Assembly: GCF_009914755.1 (NCBI RefSeq)
Contig: NC_060932.1
DNA length: 64,000 nt
Strand: one strand, 5' to 3'
Origin: the human T2T-CHM13v2.0 reference genome, Homo sapiens
Part shown: positions 12,883 through 25,625 of the stretch, one piece after another
How the letters are laid out: the number at the start of each line of letters is the position of its first letter
Position numbering within the stretch: the first letter of the stretch is position 1
Notes under the pieces: generated by a model
Database searches by the model: none
Told to the model about the DNA's origin: nothing
What the model saw: the letters and a program-made list of their open reading frames with translations, nothing else
Position numbers and translations under genes: made by a program

Positions 12883-13542
12883 ATCTTGGCTTCTGGAAGA
12901 AAATACTTTGATTATGAAGATTTTAAAGAACTATGAATCAGGTTTTTTTGCACATTTATAGTTGTCTAAAGACAACTGTATTTTTTAAAGCATATATATA
13001 TAATATTTAATATTTTTCAATTTTTACATTCCTAGTATTCATAGCTAGACTGAGATTTGTAAAGTGGGATTAAGAGTTGCTTGCATCAAGAGAAACATGT
13101 TTGCATGGGAGCTGCATGGCTAGTTCTCATGCTCAAATGCACCTCAGCAGCAGAAGAGGCCACTTGGCTTAAGAATCCCAAGAAAAGTCAACACCAGCAT
13201 CAAAAACGAAACCATAGACATGCTGAGCATATTCAAAGGTGTTAATCAGGGCAAGTGCTTGACTAAGCTGCTGGATTACAAGCCCCTGACAGCTCCTCTA
13301 GAATCTCTGAAATATCTGCAGTGTGGTACTCTACACCTCACCACTCTCTGGTGACAAGGGATATACTACAATCAAGGTGAAGATATAAAAGGAAGTATAT
13401 TTCTTAAAAAAATTAAGAAAAATGACAGTTTATATTGACATATGGTACTAAACACTTATTTCCCCAAAGGTATAAAATACAGAAACACAGTCTTCTTGGA
13501 GACTCATGATCACCTATAAGCATGCTAGTAAATCATCTGGTG

Positions 13543-14095
13543 TTCATTTAGTCATCTATCTAGCAGATATTTATTGGATTCTCAATGAATGTCAGTTAGT
13601 GTTGTAAATGCTGTGGATATAGCATTCCACAGTACAGACAAAAAAGTCCTCACCCTCATGGGGATTACATTCTGGGCGGAGGCAATTTAAAATAAATATA
13701 AGAAATACATACTGGCTGGCTGGGGCTAAGTGCTGTGGGGAATCATACTGCATGGAAGAGGGAAGAAGGAATGCTTTGGGTGGGAATGGAGTTGTACTTT
13801 AAAAATGAGAATGGCTTAACAAAGAAGAGGTGAAGGAGCAAAGTACAGAGGTATCTGGGGGAAGAGTATTCAAAGAGATGGGAAGAACCATTGTGAAAGT
13901 CCCCAGGCAAGGATATGTCTGTGTGTTAGGAAACAGCAAGGAAGCAAAGAAGTCAGTGTGGCTGGTGATAAGTGAAGGTAGGAAAGATACATTCAAAAAA
14001 GTAGCAGGGGCCAGATCATGTATAGAAACTTGGAGTCAATCTACGGAATGGGCTTTAATAACAGTTTTCAGCAGAAGGGCAACATGATCTGAATT
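13543..14095 (-). mobile_element. L2 LINE (L2a-like), first part; resumes at 18140
   Basis: cagatatttattg...ccctcatggggattacattct...tatctgggggaagagtattc...ggggccagatcatgta...aacatgatctga. Confidence 0.85.
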
Positions 14096-14129
14096 AATTT
14101 TTTTGATATTAAATCCTTTATTAAGGGCT

Positions 14130-15597
14130 AGATTTTTTTATTGATAAGTTAGAGTTGTACATATTTTGGGGTACATGTGACATTTTTATATATGTCTACA
14201 ATGTGTAATAATCAATTCAGGGTAATTGGGATATCCATTACTTTAAACATTTATCTTTTTCTTTGTGTTGGGAATATTCTAATTTTTCTCTTCTAGCTAT
14301 TTTGAAATATACAATAAATTATTGTTAACTATAATTTCCCTACTGTGCTATCAAATGGTAGAACATTTTCCTTCTATCTAACTGCATTTTTGTACCCATT
14401 AACCAACTTCTTTTTATCTACCCCCAACCCCCACCCTTCTGAGCTTCAGGTACCTGCCATTCTACTCTCTACCTCTGCGAGATCCAGATCCATCTTTTCA
14501 ACTCCCAATGTGAATGAGAACAAGGAATATTTGTTTTTCTATGCCTGGCTTATTTCACTTATAATAAGGACCTCAAGTTCTATCCATGTTGTTGCAAATG
14601 ACAGGATCTCATTCTTTTAAATGGCTGAATAATATTCCATTGTGTATCTATATCACATTTTTAATCCACTTATATGTTAATGGACACCCAGGTTGATTGA
14701 ATATCTTGGCTGTTGTGAATAGCGCTGCAACAAACGTGGGAATGTGATATATTTTGGATATACTGATTTCCTTTCTTTTGGATATATACCTAACACTGGG
14801 ATTGCTAGATCATATAGTAGGTCTATTTTTAGTTTTTTAAAGAAACTCCATACTATTTCCCATAATGGCTGTACTAATCTATATTCCTACCAGCAGTGTA
14901 TGAATATTACCTTTTCTTGGCATCCTCACTATCATTTGTTGTTGTTTTTTGGTATTTTTGATAATAGCCTTTCTAACTGGTGTGAGATACAGCTTATTGT
15001 GCTTTTAATTTGTATTTCCCTCATGATTAATAATGATAAAATGTTTTCCTACACCTGTTGGCTATTTCTGTGTCTTCTTTTGAAAAATATCTATTCAGGT
15101 TTTTGCCTATTTTAAAACTGGGTTATTTGTTTTTTCTGCTATTGAGTCATTGGAGTTCCTTATATATTCTTATTTTGCTCCCTTGCCACATGGACAGGAC
15201 AGGAATAGGTAGATGTCTCTTCACTTTGTTGATTGTGGTTGGGATGGTTGTCTCTTTGCTTTGTTATTGTTTTCTTTGCTATTCAGAAGCTTTTTAGCTT
15301 GATGTAGTCTCATTTGTTATTTTTGCTTTTGTTGCCTATGCTTTTGAGATCTTACCCAAAACATCTTTGCCCAGACCAATGTCTTATAGCATTTCCCTAA
15401 TGTTTTCTTCTAGCAAAATTTTAAGTCTTAAATTTAAGTATTTAATCCATTTTGAATTTATTTTTGTATATGGTAAAAGATGGGGATCTAGTTTCACTGT
15501 GCATGTAGTTATGTAGTTTTCCCAGCACCATTTATAAGATGGCTGTCCTTTCCCTAATGCATAGTCTTGGCACCTTTGTTGAGAATGAGTTGGTTGT
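14130..15597 (-). mobile_element. L1MA2/L1MA3-like 3' end, interrupted by THE1D
   Basis: gtacatattttggggtacatgtga...cagggtaattgggatatccat...ttctagctattttgaaatatacaataaatt, followed by ORF2 3' homology. Confidence 0.9.
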
Positions 15598-17866
15598 TGT
15601 ATTAGTCCATTCACATGCTGCTATAAGGATACACCCAAGACTGGGTGATTTATAAAGGAAAGAGGTTTAATTGAATCACAGTTCCACAGGGCTGGGGAGG
15701 CCTCAGAAAACTTATAATCATGGTGGAAGGGGAAGAAAACACGTCTTTCTTCATATGGCAGCAGCAAGGAGAAATGTCAAGCAAAACAGGAAAAAGCCCC
15801 CTATAAAACCATCAGATCTCATGAGAACTCACTCACTATCATGAGAACAGCATGGAGGTTACCAGCTCATGATTCAATTACCTCTTCAATTACTGGGTCC
15901 CTTTCACAACACGTGGGGATTATGGGGACTACAATTCAAAATGAGATTTGGGTGGGGACATAGCCAAACCATATCATTCTTCCCCTGGTCCCTCCCAAAT
16001 CTCAGGTCCTCACATTTCAAAACACAATCATTCCTTTCCAACCGTCCCCCAAAATCTTAACTCATTTCAGCATTAATTCAAAAGTCCAAGTCCAAAGTCT
16101 CATCTGAAACAAGGCAAGTCTCTTCCAACTATGATCCTGTAAAATCAAAAGCAAGTTAGCTTTCCTAGATACAATGGGGGTACAGGCACTGGGTAAATAC
16201 AACCATTCTAGATGGGAGAAAATGGCCAAAACAAAGGGGCTACAGGCCGCATGCAAGTCCAAAATCCAATAGGGCAGTCATTAAACCTTAAAGTTCCAGA
16301 ATAATCTCCTTTGACTCCATGTCTCATATCCAGGGCATGCTGATGCAAGAGGTGGGCTCCCACAGCCTTGTGCAGCTCCATCCTCTGGCTTTGCAGGGTA
16401 TAGCTCCCCTCCTGGTTGCTTTCATGGGCTGCCATTGACTGTCTGCAGCTTTTTCAGGTGCACAGTGTAAGCTGGAAGTGAATCTACCATTCTGGGGCTC
16501 AAAGTTGGTGGCCCTCTTCTCACAGCTCCACCAGCCAGTGCCTTAGTGGGGACTCTGTGTGGGGGCTCTGACAACACATTTCCCTTCCACACTGCCCTAG
16601 TAGAGGTTCTCCATGAGGACTCCACCCCTGTAGCAGACTTCTTCCTGGACATTCAGGCATTTCCATACATCCTCTGAAATCTAGGCAGAGGTTCCCAAAC
16701 CTCGATTCTTGTCTTCTGCACACACAAAGGACCAACACCATGTGGAAACTGGCAACGCTGGGGGCTTGCACCCCATGAAGCAACATCCTGAGCTGTACCT
16801 TGGCCCATTTTACCCATGGCTGGAGGGGCTGGGATGCAGTCCCGAGGCTGCACATAGCAGGGGTCCCCTGGACCCAACACAGGAAACCATTTTTCCCTCC
16901 TAGGCCTCCAGGCCTGTGATGGGAAGAATAGCCATGAAGGTCTCTGATATGCCCTGGGGACATTTCTCCATAGTCTTTGTGATTAACATTCAGCTCATCA
17001 TTACTTACGCAAATTTATGTAGCCAGCTTGGATTTTTCTGGAGACATTTTTTTTTCTGTTGTATTGTCAGGCTACAAATTTTCCAAACATTTATGCTCTG
17101 CTTTCTCTTGAATGCTTTGCCACTTAGGAATTTCTTCTACCAGATACTCCAAATCATCTCTCTCAAGTTGAAAGTTCTACAGATCTCCAGGGCAGGGGCA
17201 AAAAGCCTCCAGTCTCTTTGCCAAAGCACAGGAAAAGTGACCTTTGCTCCAGTTTTCAACAAGTTCCTCATCTCTATCTGAGACCACCTCAGGCTGGATT
17301 TCATTGTCCATATCGCTATCAGCATTTTGGTCAAAGCCATTCAACAAGTCTCTATGAAGTTCCAAACTTTCCCACATTTTCCTTTCTTCTTCTGGGTCCT
17401 CTAAACTGTTTCAACCTCTGCCTGTTACCCAGTTCCAAAGTTGCTTACACATATTTGGGTATCTTTATAGCAGCATATTACTCTCTGAGGTACTCATTTA
17501 CTGTATTAGTCCATTCTCATGCTGCTATAAGGACATATCAGAGACTGGGTAATTTATAAAGAAAAGAGATTTAGTTGACTCACAATTCTGCAGGGCTATG
17601 GAGGTCACAGGAAACTTACAATCATGGTGGAAAGGGAAGCAAACACATCCTTCTTCACATGGCAGCAGCAAGGCGAACTGTCAAGCAAAAGGGGGAAAAG
17701 CCCCTTATAAAATAATCAGATCTCATGGGAACTCACTATGATGAGAACAGCAGGGAGGTAACTGCCCCCATGATTCAATTACCTCCCACCAGGTCCCTCT
17801 CAGGACACGTGGGGATTATGGGAACTATAATTCAAGGTGAGATTTGAGTAGAGACACAGTCAAATC
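15598..17866 (-). mobile_element. THE1D (ERVL-MaLR) two-LTR element: LTR 15598-15976, internal region 15977-17501, LTR 17502-17866
   Basis: Two direct LTRs (tgtattagtccatt...gagatttg..caaa). The internal region encodes MaLR ORF remnants (WESLEL.RDLLNGFDQNADSDMDNE..EVVSD.DEEL..NWSKG). Confidence 0.95.
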
Positions 17867-18135
17867 TGTAGTAAATGTGTGGATTTATTTCTGAGTTCTC
17901 TGTTGGGTTCCACTGGTCTACGTGTCTATTTTCATGCCAGTCCCATGCTGTTTTGGTTACCATAGCTTAGAAGTATAATTTGAAGTCAGGTAGTGTGATG
18001 TTTCCAGCTTTGTTCTTTTTGTTCAGGATTGCTTTAACTATTTGAGGTCTTGTTGTTCCTTGGGAATTTTAGGATTTAAAAAAATTTGTGAAGAATGTCA
18101 TTAGCATTTTGACAGGGATTGCATTTAATCTGTTA
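17867..18135 (-). mobile_element. L1MA continuation after THE1D
   Basis: gtaaatgtgtggatttatttctg...tttgaagtcaggtagtgtgatg..tccagctttgttcttttt continues the L1 sequence broken at 15597. Confidence 0.9.
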
Positions 18136-18139
18136 GTTA

Positions 18140-18335
18140 AATTTTGAAAGAATCCCTCTGGCTGCTGTGCTAAAAGGATATGTAATGGGAGGAGGGGCAA
18201 AATCCAGGAAACCAGTTAGGACACCATTGTGATAATCCAGGTATGATATGATGGTGGTGGGCCAGCCCTGGTAGAGGTAGAGGCTGGGAGAAATGTTCAG
18301 ATTCTGGACATATCTTGAGGGTAGACTCAACAGAT
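18140..18335 (-). mobile_element. L2 continuation
   Basis: tttgaaagaatccctctggctgctgtg...accagttagga...taatccagg...agattctggacatatcttgagggtaga. Confidence 0.8.
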
Positions 18336-18658
18336 ATAAGTTAAATACTTTAACAAATCTTTAATAATGACATCATTGTAAGAGAATATGCATATGTAAA
18401 GATTAAAATATAGCTCCTGCCAATAATGAGTTTACATTTTTATTAGTATCAAATACATAATATATAGTGATTTAGCATATGTAAAAACTTCATTAACCAC
18501 AGCTTGGAGAAGAAAATCACTCTGAGCTGAAGTCACCTGAGAACCTGGGAAGTAATCCTCCATCCCTTGCTTTGCCTTTGGGTATGTGTCCAGGAGACTT
18601 CTAGACCTCTCCTTTCATCTTGCTGCCTCCCTTTCTCCCTTCCTGTACCTTATACATC

Positions 18659-19628
18659 CAAGGCCTGCTACTTAATTTTGAGGCCTAGTGAAAAATAAAC
18701 ACATAAAGCAGGAAATAAATTGCTGTTAAACACAGTAAAATGTAAAAGTTTTCTCACCTCTGTAGTTTTTCTCTCTACTGGTTATGGTATTTTTTTTGTT
18801 ATTTATCATTGTTCTAAGTAAAGAAAATCAAAATTGTAAATTATTAGAATGAGTTTTACTGTTCTTTACATTATGCAATTCCAGCTTTAATGCCAAATTA
18901 CAGCATTTAATTTATATAGGTAGAATCACTGATACTATACAATTTATCTTTTACAACTCATCCATGCATATATATGTAATTATGACTAGAACCACAGAAA
19001 TGCTGCACAAAACTAACTCAGCTATTTTTTATTCCATTTCTTGATGTGTGCACATTCTACCAACACTCTCTATCTTAGGCTTACTGATGAATAAAAAATA
19101 ACTGAAAGGAAAAGGAACTATGTATTGCCTATCTTCCCCATAATGTTAACATTTTTAGCATAAGGGTCAGCTAATACAGAGAAGCAATGTAAGTGATATG
19201 ATAGATTTCTTGATTATTTGTATTTTTTGGAAAATTATTGCCCTCTTTCTGCATTTTAAGCAAGTTATGGTTTGACTGGACACTGTGATTTCTAAGGGTT
19301 GTCAATGGCCCCACTTTCTCAAGAGTAGACATAATATGCGTACCTTGTTCATGCTTTGAGTCTTGCTGAACTCCCATGCAGGGTAGGTCCCTGGGATTTC
19401 TACACTCATGTGACATTGAAACTATTGCATGCAAATAGGGCAGCAAAAATGGCAGATATGCATATTGCTCTTATCTCCTCTGCTCACGCACAAGCTCCAT
19501 TGTCTCATTGGATTTCACCTACAAAATATACCTCCAAAGATTATTAGGAATTTTAAGATGACAACAGCAGAGCATTAAACAACATGTAGGGTGATCATAT
19601 AGTTTGCATGCCCGTGAACCCAGCCCTG
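18659..19628 (-). mobile_element. MER45B-like hAT-Tip100 DNA transposon
   Basis: Termini caaggcctgctacttaattt / cgtgaacccagccctg; internal ctcctctgctcacgcacaagctccattgtctcattgga; degenerate 8-bp TSD tatacatc/tctatatc. Confidence 0.8.
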
Positions 19629-19740
19629 TCTATATCTCACATTTCATTATGCTCCCCACTCCTTTCTTGTAAAATTCAAGATGAAAATGTCTGGGTTTTT
19701 ATGTATTAGAGGACAAGCTCACAGTGTTTTAAATTTTAAG

Positions 19741-19960
19741 TTTTTCTCCCAACTTTATTGAGATACAGTTAACTATTTAAAAATTATATATAGTTAAAAA
19801 GATCTAAGGTACAACAATGTGACTACGAATAACAATATTGTATCATACACTTGAAATTTGCTAAGAGGGTAGATCTTAAATGTTCTCAGCACAAAAAAAA
19901 AAAGGTTATGGGAGGTGATGGATATGTTGATTAGGTTGAACGTGGTGAATAATTCACAAT
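19741..19960 (-). mobile_element. Short L1MA9/L1MB-like 3' end with 5' inversion
   Basis: 19741-19799 is the reverse of the L1 terminus (ctttattgagata..). 19801-19960 is the upstream 3'UTR segment in the opposite orientation. Confidence 0.7.
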
Positions 19961-21991
19961 ATTCTTATCAGTGTTTCCCTACTTTCCTACCCTTTTTTTC
20001 TGTTATTTTTACTTCTTTCACAAATGAGTTTGCCCTGGAAACTATCTTTCCAGTCCCTCCTTAAATTGTAGAGTGCTGTCACCATTCCCACACCTCACCC
20101 CAAATTTGCCCAGCCAAAACCTAAGCACTGGAGGAAAAGATACCTTTCTAACCATATCACTTATCAGATATATTTGTAATGTAATATTTCCCCATTAATA
20201 GAATTACCTATCTAAGAAGAATTTGGCTTTCATTTTGAAGTTAGTTTTCTTCACTTATCTCTTTACTTCTATACAAATACTTTTTTTCACATGTAAACAT
20301 TTTTGAAAATGCAATACAATTTAAAATCAATATGCCAATTTAATCTAATAATGCATCTGGTATGTTAAAATTTGAGAGGGAGACATATAATATAATGTAA
20401 GATCTATTTGAAAATATTCTGTGGCATTTTAAAGAACTAATTAAAAGGAAACACGTGGTATTCACTCCTTGTTCCTGAATAGTTTATACATATCTTTATG
20501 ACAGTACCCATCACTCTGAATTACAAGTATTTCCACTATGTATCTCTTCTATTATACTGTGTGTATCCTGAGGACACAGACTATATCATAGACAGATGTA
20601 TACCACCAACACCACAAGTAGAGCTAATTTTAGACTCCTAATAGGAGGTATTCGGCACTCACATCCTGAAAGGAAGAGGGCTGTTTCTTATTTGTGGGGT
20701 TATAATTTTAGTTGAGATTTCAAAAATACATTGTAATATTTATAAGGCATTCTTTATAAACTGCTCTAATATTTTTGGTTGATTTATGTGGGAATCCACA
20801 TCTAGGAATCTGTAAGTTTTAAGAATACACATACACAATGTCTTAAGCATTTTATGTTTTGTTTTTACATGTATCTTTAGTTCCTCGAGTCTCTGAAGAT
20901 AATTTTTTTCCAACACTAACATTAAAGAAGAGGTTGATGGTTTGCAAAGCAAAATTGTTCTCACTATGCTACCCTATTTCTTTCCTGGCACTGCTCAGTG
21001 GAAGTGTGTCCCTATTTGCAGTTACATTTTCTCCTAACATTCAGGGTCACTGCCAGGGTGCCAGGATAAGAGACTAAGTGGAGGCAGAAGAGAATATTAA
21101 TCTACCATCACCTACCACCCATATTTATTTTATGTATTCTTAGAACTCTTGAATTGGACGCAAACACGAAGATCATCTGCTCTGACTTCTTTCTTAATAC
21201 AGAGATCTCTTGTTTATTAGCTTTGACAAGTTTATAAGAATTCATCTCTGGGTTCTAGGCCCTGAACCAAGATTCAAAAGTGTGTGCTCTGGACTAGGGA
21301 AGAATGTGTTCCTGTTTTATACTCTGAAATCCCCTTTAAGAGTGGCATTCCTTAGTCATTGCCATAAGCTACATAACTTTGATTTCATAAGACCTAAGCT
21401 TTCAGAATATATTGCTTTTTAAACCATATTTTGGTGGCGAGAATGTGGAAAACCTTTTCTTTTGGAATTTACTTGACTCTTAATGGCAAAAGTTATAATA
21501 CAACTGAATATAGCTATGAATTTCTTTTATTTATAAATATGCCCTGTACTAAGGATCAGGTATATCAGATAAAAATCCCCATTTAATTACCATTTAATAA
21601 AAAGGTAAAGGTGTGCTAGGTGCCAGGCACTATTGCTAGACCCTGAAAAGAGTGATGATCTCAAAGACATGGCTCCGAAGACCTTTTGAGTTTGGTGAGT
21701 GAAAAGGTAGTAAAACAAGTAATCCTGAGGGACTTTGGGGAGTTTTCTGATATGAGAAAAGCATACAAATGTACATTAGAATGATACTTACCTGATTTAC
21801 AATGTCTAGAGTCTTCCTGGATGTTGACTGTTTAAACTGAGACCTAAGGAGTAGAAGTAATTAAAGTGAACAGAGCAGGGAGCAAAGGATAGATGGCTCA
21901 ATGACCAGAGATACCAGGATAAGTTAAAGGAACTAGAAAACAAAAGCAAACCAAAACAGTGTAGCTGGTGTGTGGTTAAAAGAGGGACAGC

Positions 21992-22271
21992 AATCCAGCA
22001 CTTTGGGAGGCCGAGGCAGGCAGATCATGAGGTCAGGAGATTGAGACCATCCTGGCTAACACAGTGAAACCCTGTCTCTACTAAAAATACAAAAAAATTA
22101 GCTGGGCGTGGTGGCGGGCACCTGTAGTCCCAACTACTCGGGAGGCTGAGGCAGGGGAATAATGGTGTGAACCCAGGAGGTGGAGTTTGCAGTGAATCGA
22201 GATCACCGCACTGCACTCCAGCCTGGGAGACAGAGTGAGACTCCATCTCAAAAAAAAAAAAAAAAAAAAAA
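21992..22271 (+). mobile_element. AluY, lacking the first ~27 bp
   Basis: gagaccatcctggctaacacagtgaaacc and aatggtgtgaaccc diagnostics; A tail. Confidence 0.93.
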
Positions 22272-22413
22272 GAAGTGGATGTGGGCCAGAGTGTAGGGGG
22301 CTTGTCAATTTAGAGAGGGATTTGGGACTTAGTGCTAAAGGAAGTGGGAGATATTGAAGGTTCTTAAGCAAGGAGATTACAGATGACTGGCTGCACTGGG
22401 TACTGCATTGAGA

Positions 22414-22619
22414 CAGTGGTGTGCTGAGCTGGCATAGGAGAGTCAATTCTCAAAGGTTTAGGAATCTTACTGGTTGTTAAATTGTTGGTAGCTTGAAATT
22501 GGCAATGGTAGGACTGTTTATGTATTGGAAATGGCAAACACCACAAGTAAATGTTTTGTTGTTACTGGTTTTCATGTTGCTATTGTCGTTGCAAAGCTTG
22601 TTTACCAGAATGCCAATGG
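22414..22619 (+). mobile_element. MER63A-like hAT-Blackjack MITE
   Basis: cagtggtgtgctg...gttggtagcttgaaattggcaatggt...ggcaaacac.acaa...gtttaccagaatgccaatgg. Confidence 0.7.
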
Positions 22620-24297
22620 ATGGATATAAGCAAGACTGGAGATGAGAAAAATGAAGGCCTGGACATGGGTGGTAGCAGTAGGAATGGAATGACATGGCTA
22701 CGTTTGAGAAATATTTAGGTATGATCTGGCTTTCTGGAAGTAGAGACGGAGACAGAAGAAAGGCATAGGATGCACCAGGCTCTTTTCCAATCTGCCAGTA
22801 GAGTTCTAACTTGATACTCTTCAAGTAGTTCCAGCTTGAAAACAAAGTTCAAACTCTTTGGACATTCCATTGTACATTTAGTCATACCATTTGTTTCTTA
22901 AGAAAATGTATATTAAAAAGCCTTAGCATAGGTCTTAAGAACAAATTAATAACACTATACTTCAATTTTGATAATACTATCAGTAACATAAGGCAAAAGT
23001 CTTCATATTGTCCAGAGGTTTTGTATTCCTCATCTGACATTTATTGCTAATGTTCTCCAAGCTCTCTCAAAGACAATGTGAACGCCAAATGTGAAAGGCA
23101 AGTTGCACATTAAGCTGTATGTCCTCATGTGATTCTGCAGAGATGGCTTTTCTCCAAAATACTGCTAAAGCAGATGTTATGATTCTATGAAAGTTTTATT
23201 TGTAATTTTATGAGATTAGCAAAAAAAATCATATGGTATGTTCTTTTTGGTTTTCAGCAAGAATTATATCTACATATATATATTATGGAGAGGTAAGAAG
23301 CAGAAGAGAAAATATTATTTACTTTGGCCAATCCAGTTGCCAAGCAGACATATTATTTGTGTCTTGGCTCCAAAGTAGCACATTTTGAATATGGGTCTGA
23401 ATATTTATTTATTTTTTTCCTTGTTGTGTCAGATTACAGGGATTAAATCACTTCACCAATAGTTACCCTTCCTCTGACTGAAAAGCCATATCCTGTCATT
23501 TTTACGCTCCAAAGATGATTCTGTTTAGATAGAGGAAAGTGTCAGGAATGAAGCTTTCTGACAGCAGGGTGAAACTCTCTCACATTTAAGGAATTCTCAC
23601 CAGAGGTGTCTGTAATCTCCCTCCTATTTTTCCTTCCTCCTAAAACCTGTTTGAAGATAAAGCAGAGTGTAACCTGTGCCCTGTCAGCTTCCTGCAGAGT
23701 GTTAACTCAAAAGCCTCCATCAGTCACAGAGTACATCATTTAACAAGTTCCTGGTGATCGGTAACAAGTTCCAGATCACTTTCCATACCGACTGGTTGTC
23801 TATTGCCCCAAGCCACTGTAGCTATTTATTAAATCTTCAGAAGGTGATATCTAACTTCATGATTAAAGGGCCTTGAAACAAGGTGCAGGGTGATTCCTTG
23901 TCAGTAAATTCATCTCAGCTCCTCAAAACTAGGAAAATGAGAAATGTCTTATGAGAACTTTATAGCTTTTAAAAAAAAGGGACAGTTTAAGAATATCCTT
24001 CATATCTATGATTTATGCTGTTGTTACGGTCATTACTTTTTTACTTTTAAGATATAAGGATAAGTCAACTTTATTAAATGGTGTTTTATTTCTGTTTTTG
24101 TTTTTGTTATAGCTCAAATTTTTAAAAATTTCCCTCATGATATGTTACACCTAGATGTTTGGGCTATAGTGGTGAACGAAACTGGTAAATTCCCTGCTTT
24201 CATGAAGTTTGCATTCTAGGAATAAATGATTGAATAAATGACACGTTACCTGCCTGAAGAGAAGGTTTTTCACTTAAGAGTCCTTCCAAAAATTTTA

Positions 24298-25625
<1,328 letters not shown>

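Larger units (their letters stand above)
21605..22790 (-). mobile_element. L2 LINE fragments interrupted by AluY and MER63A
   Basis: taggtgccaggcactattgctag..., ttcctgga..aaactgagaccta, gatttgggactt..ctaaagga..ttgaaggttcttaagcaagg, gtggtagcagtaggaatgga. Confidence 0.7.
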
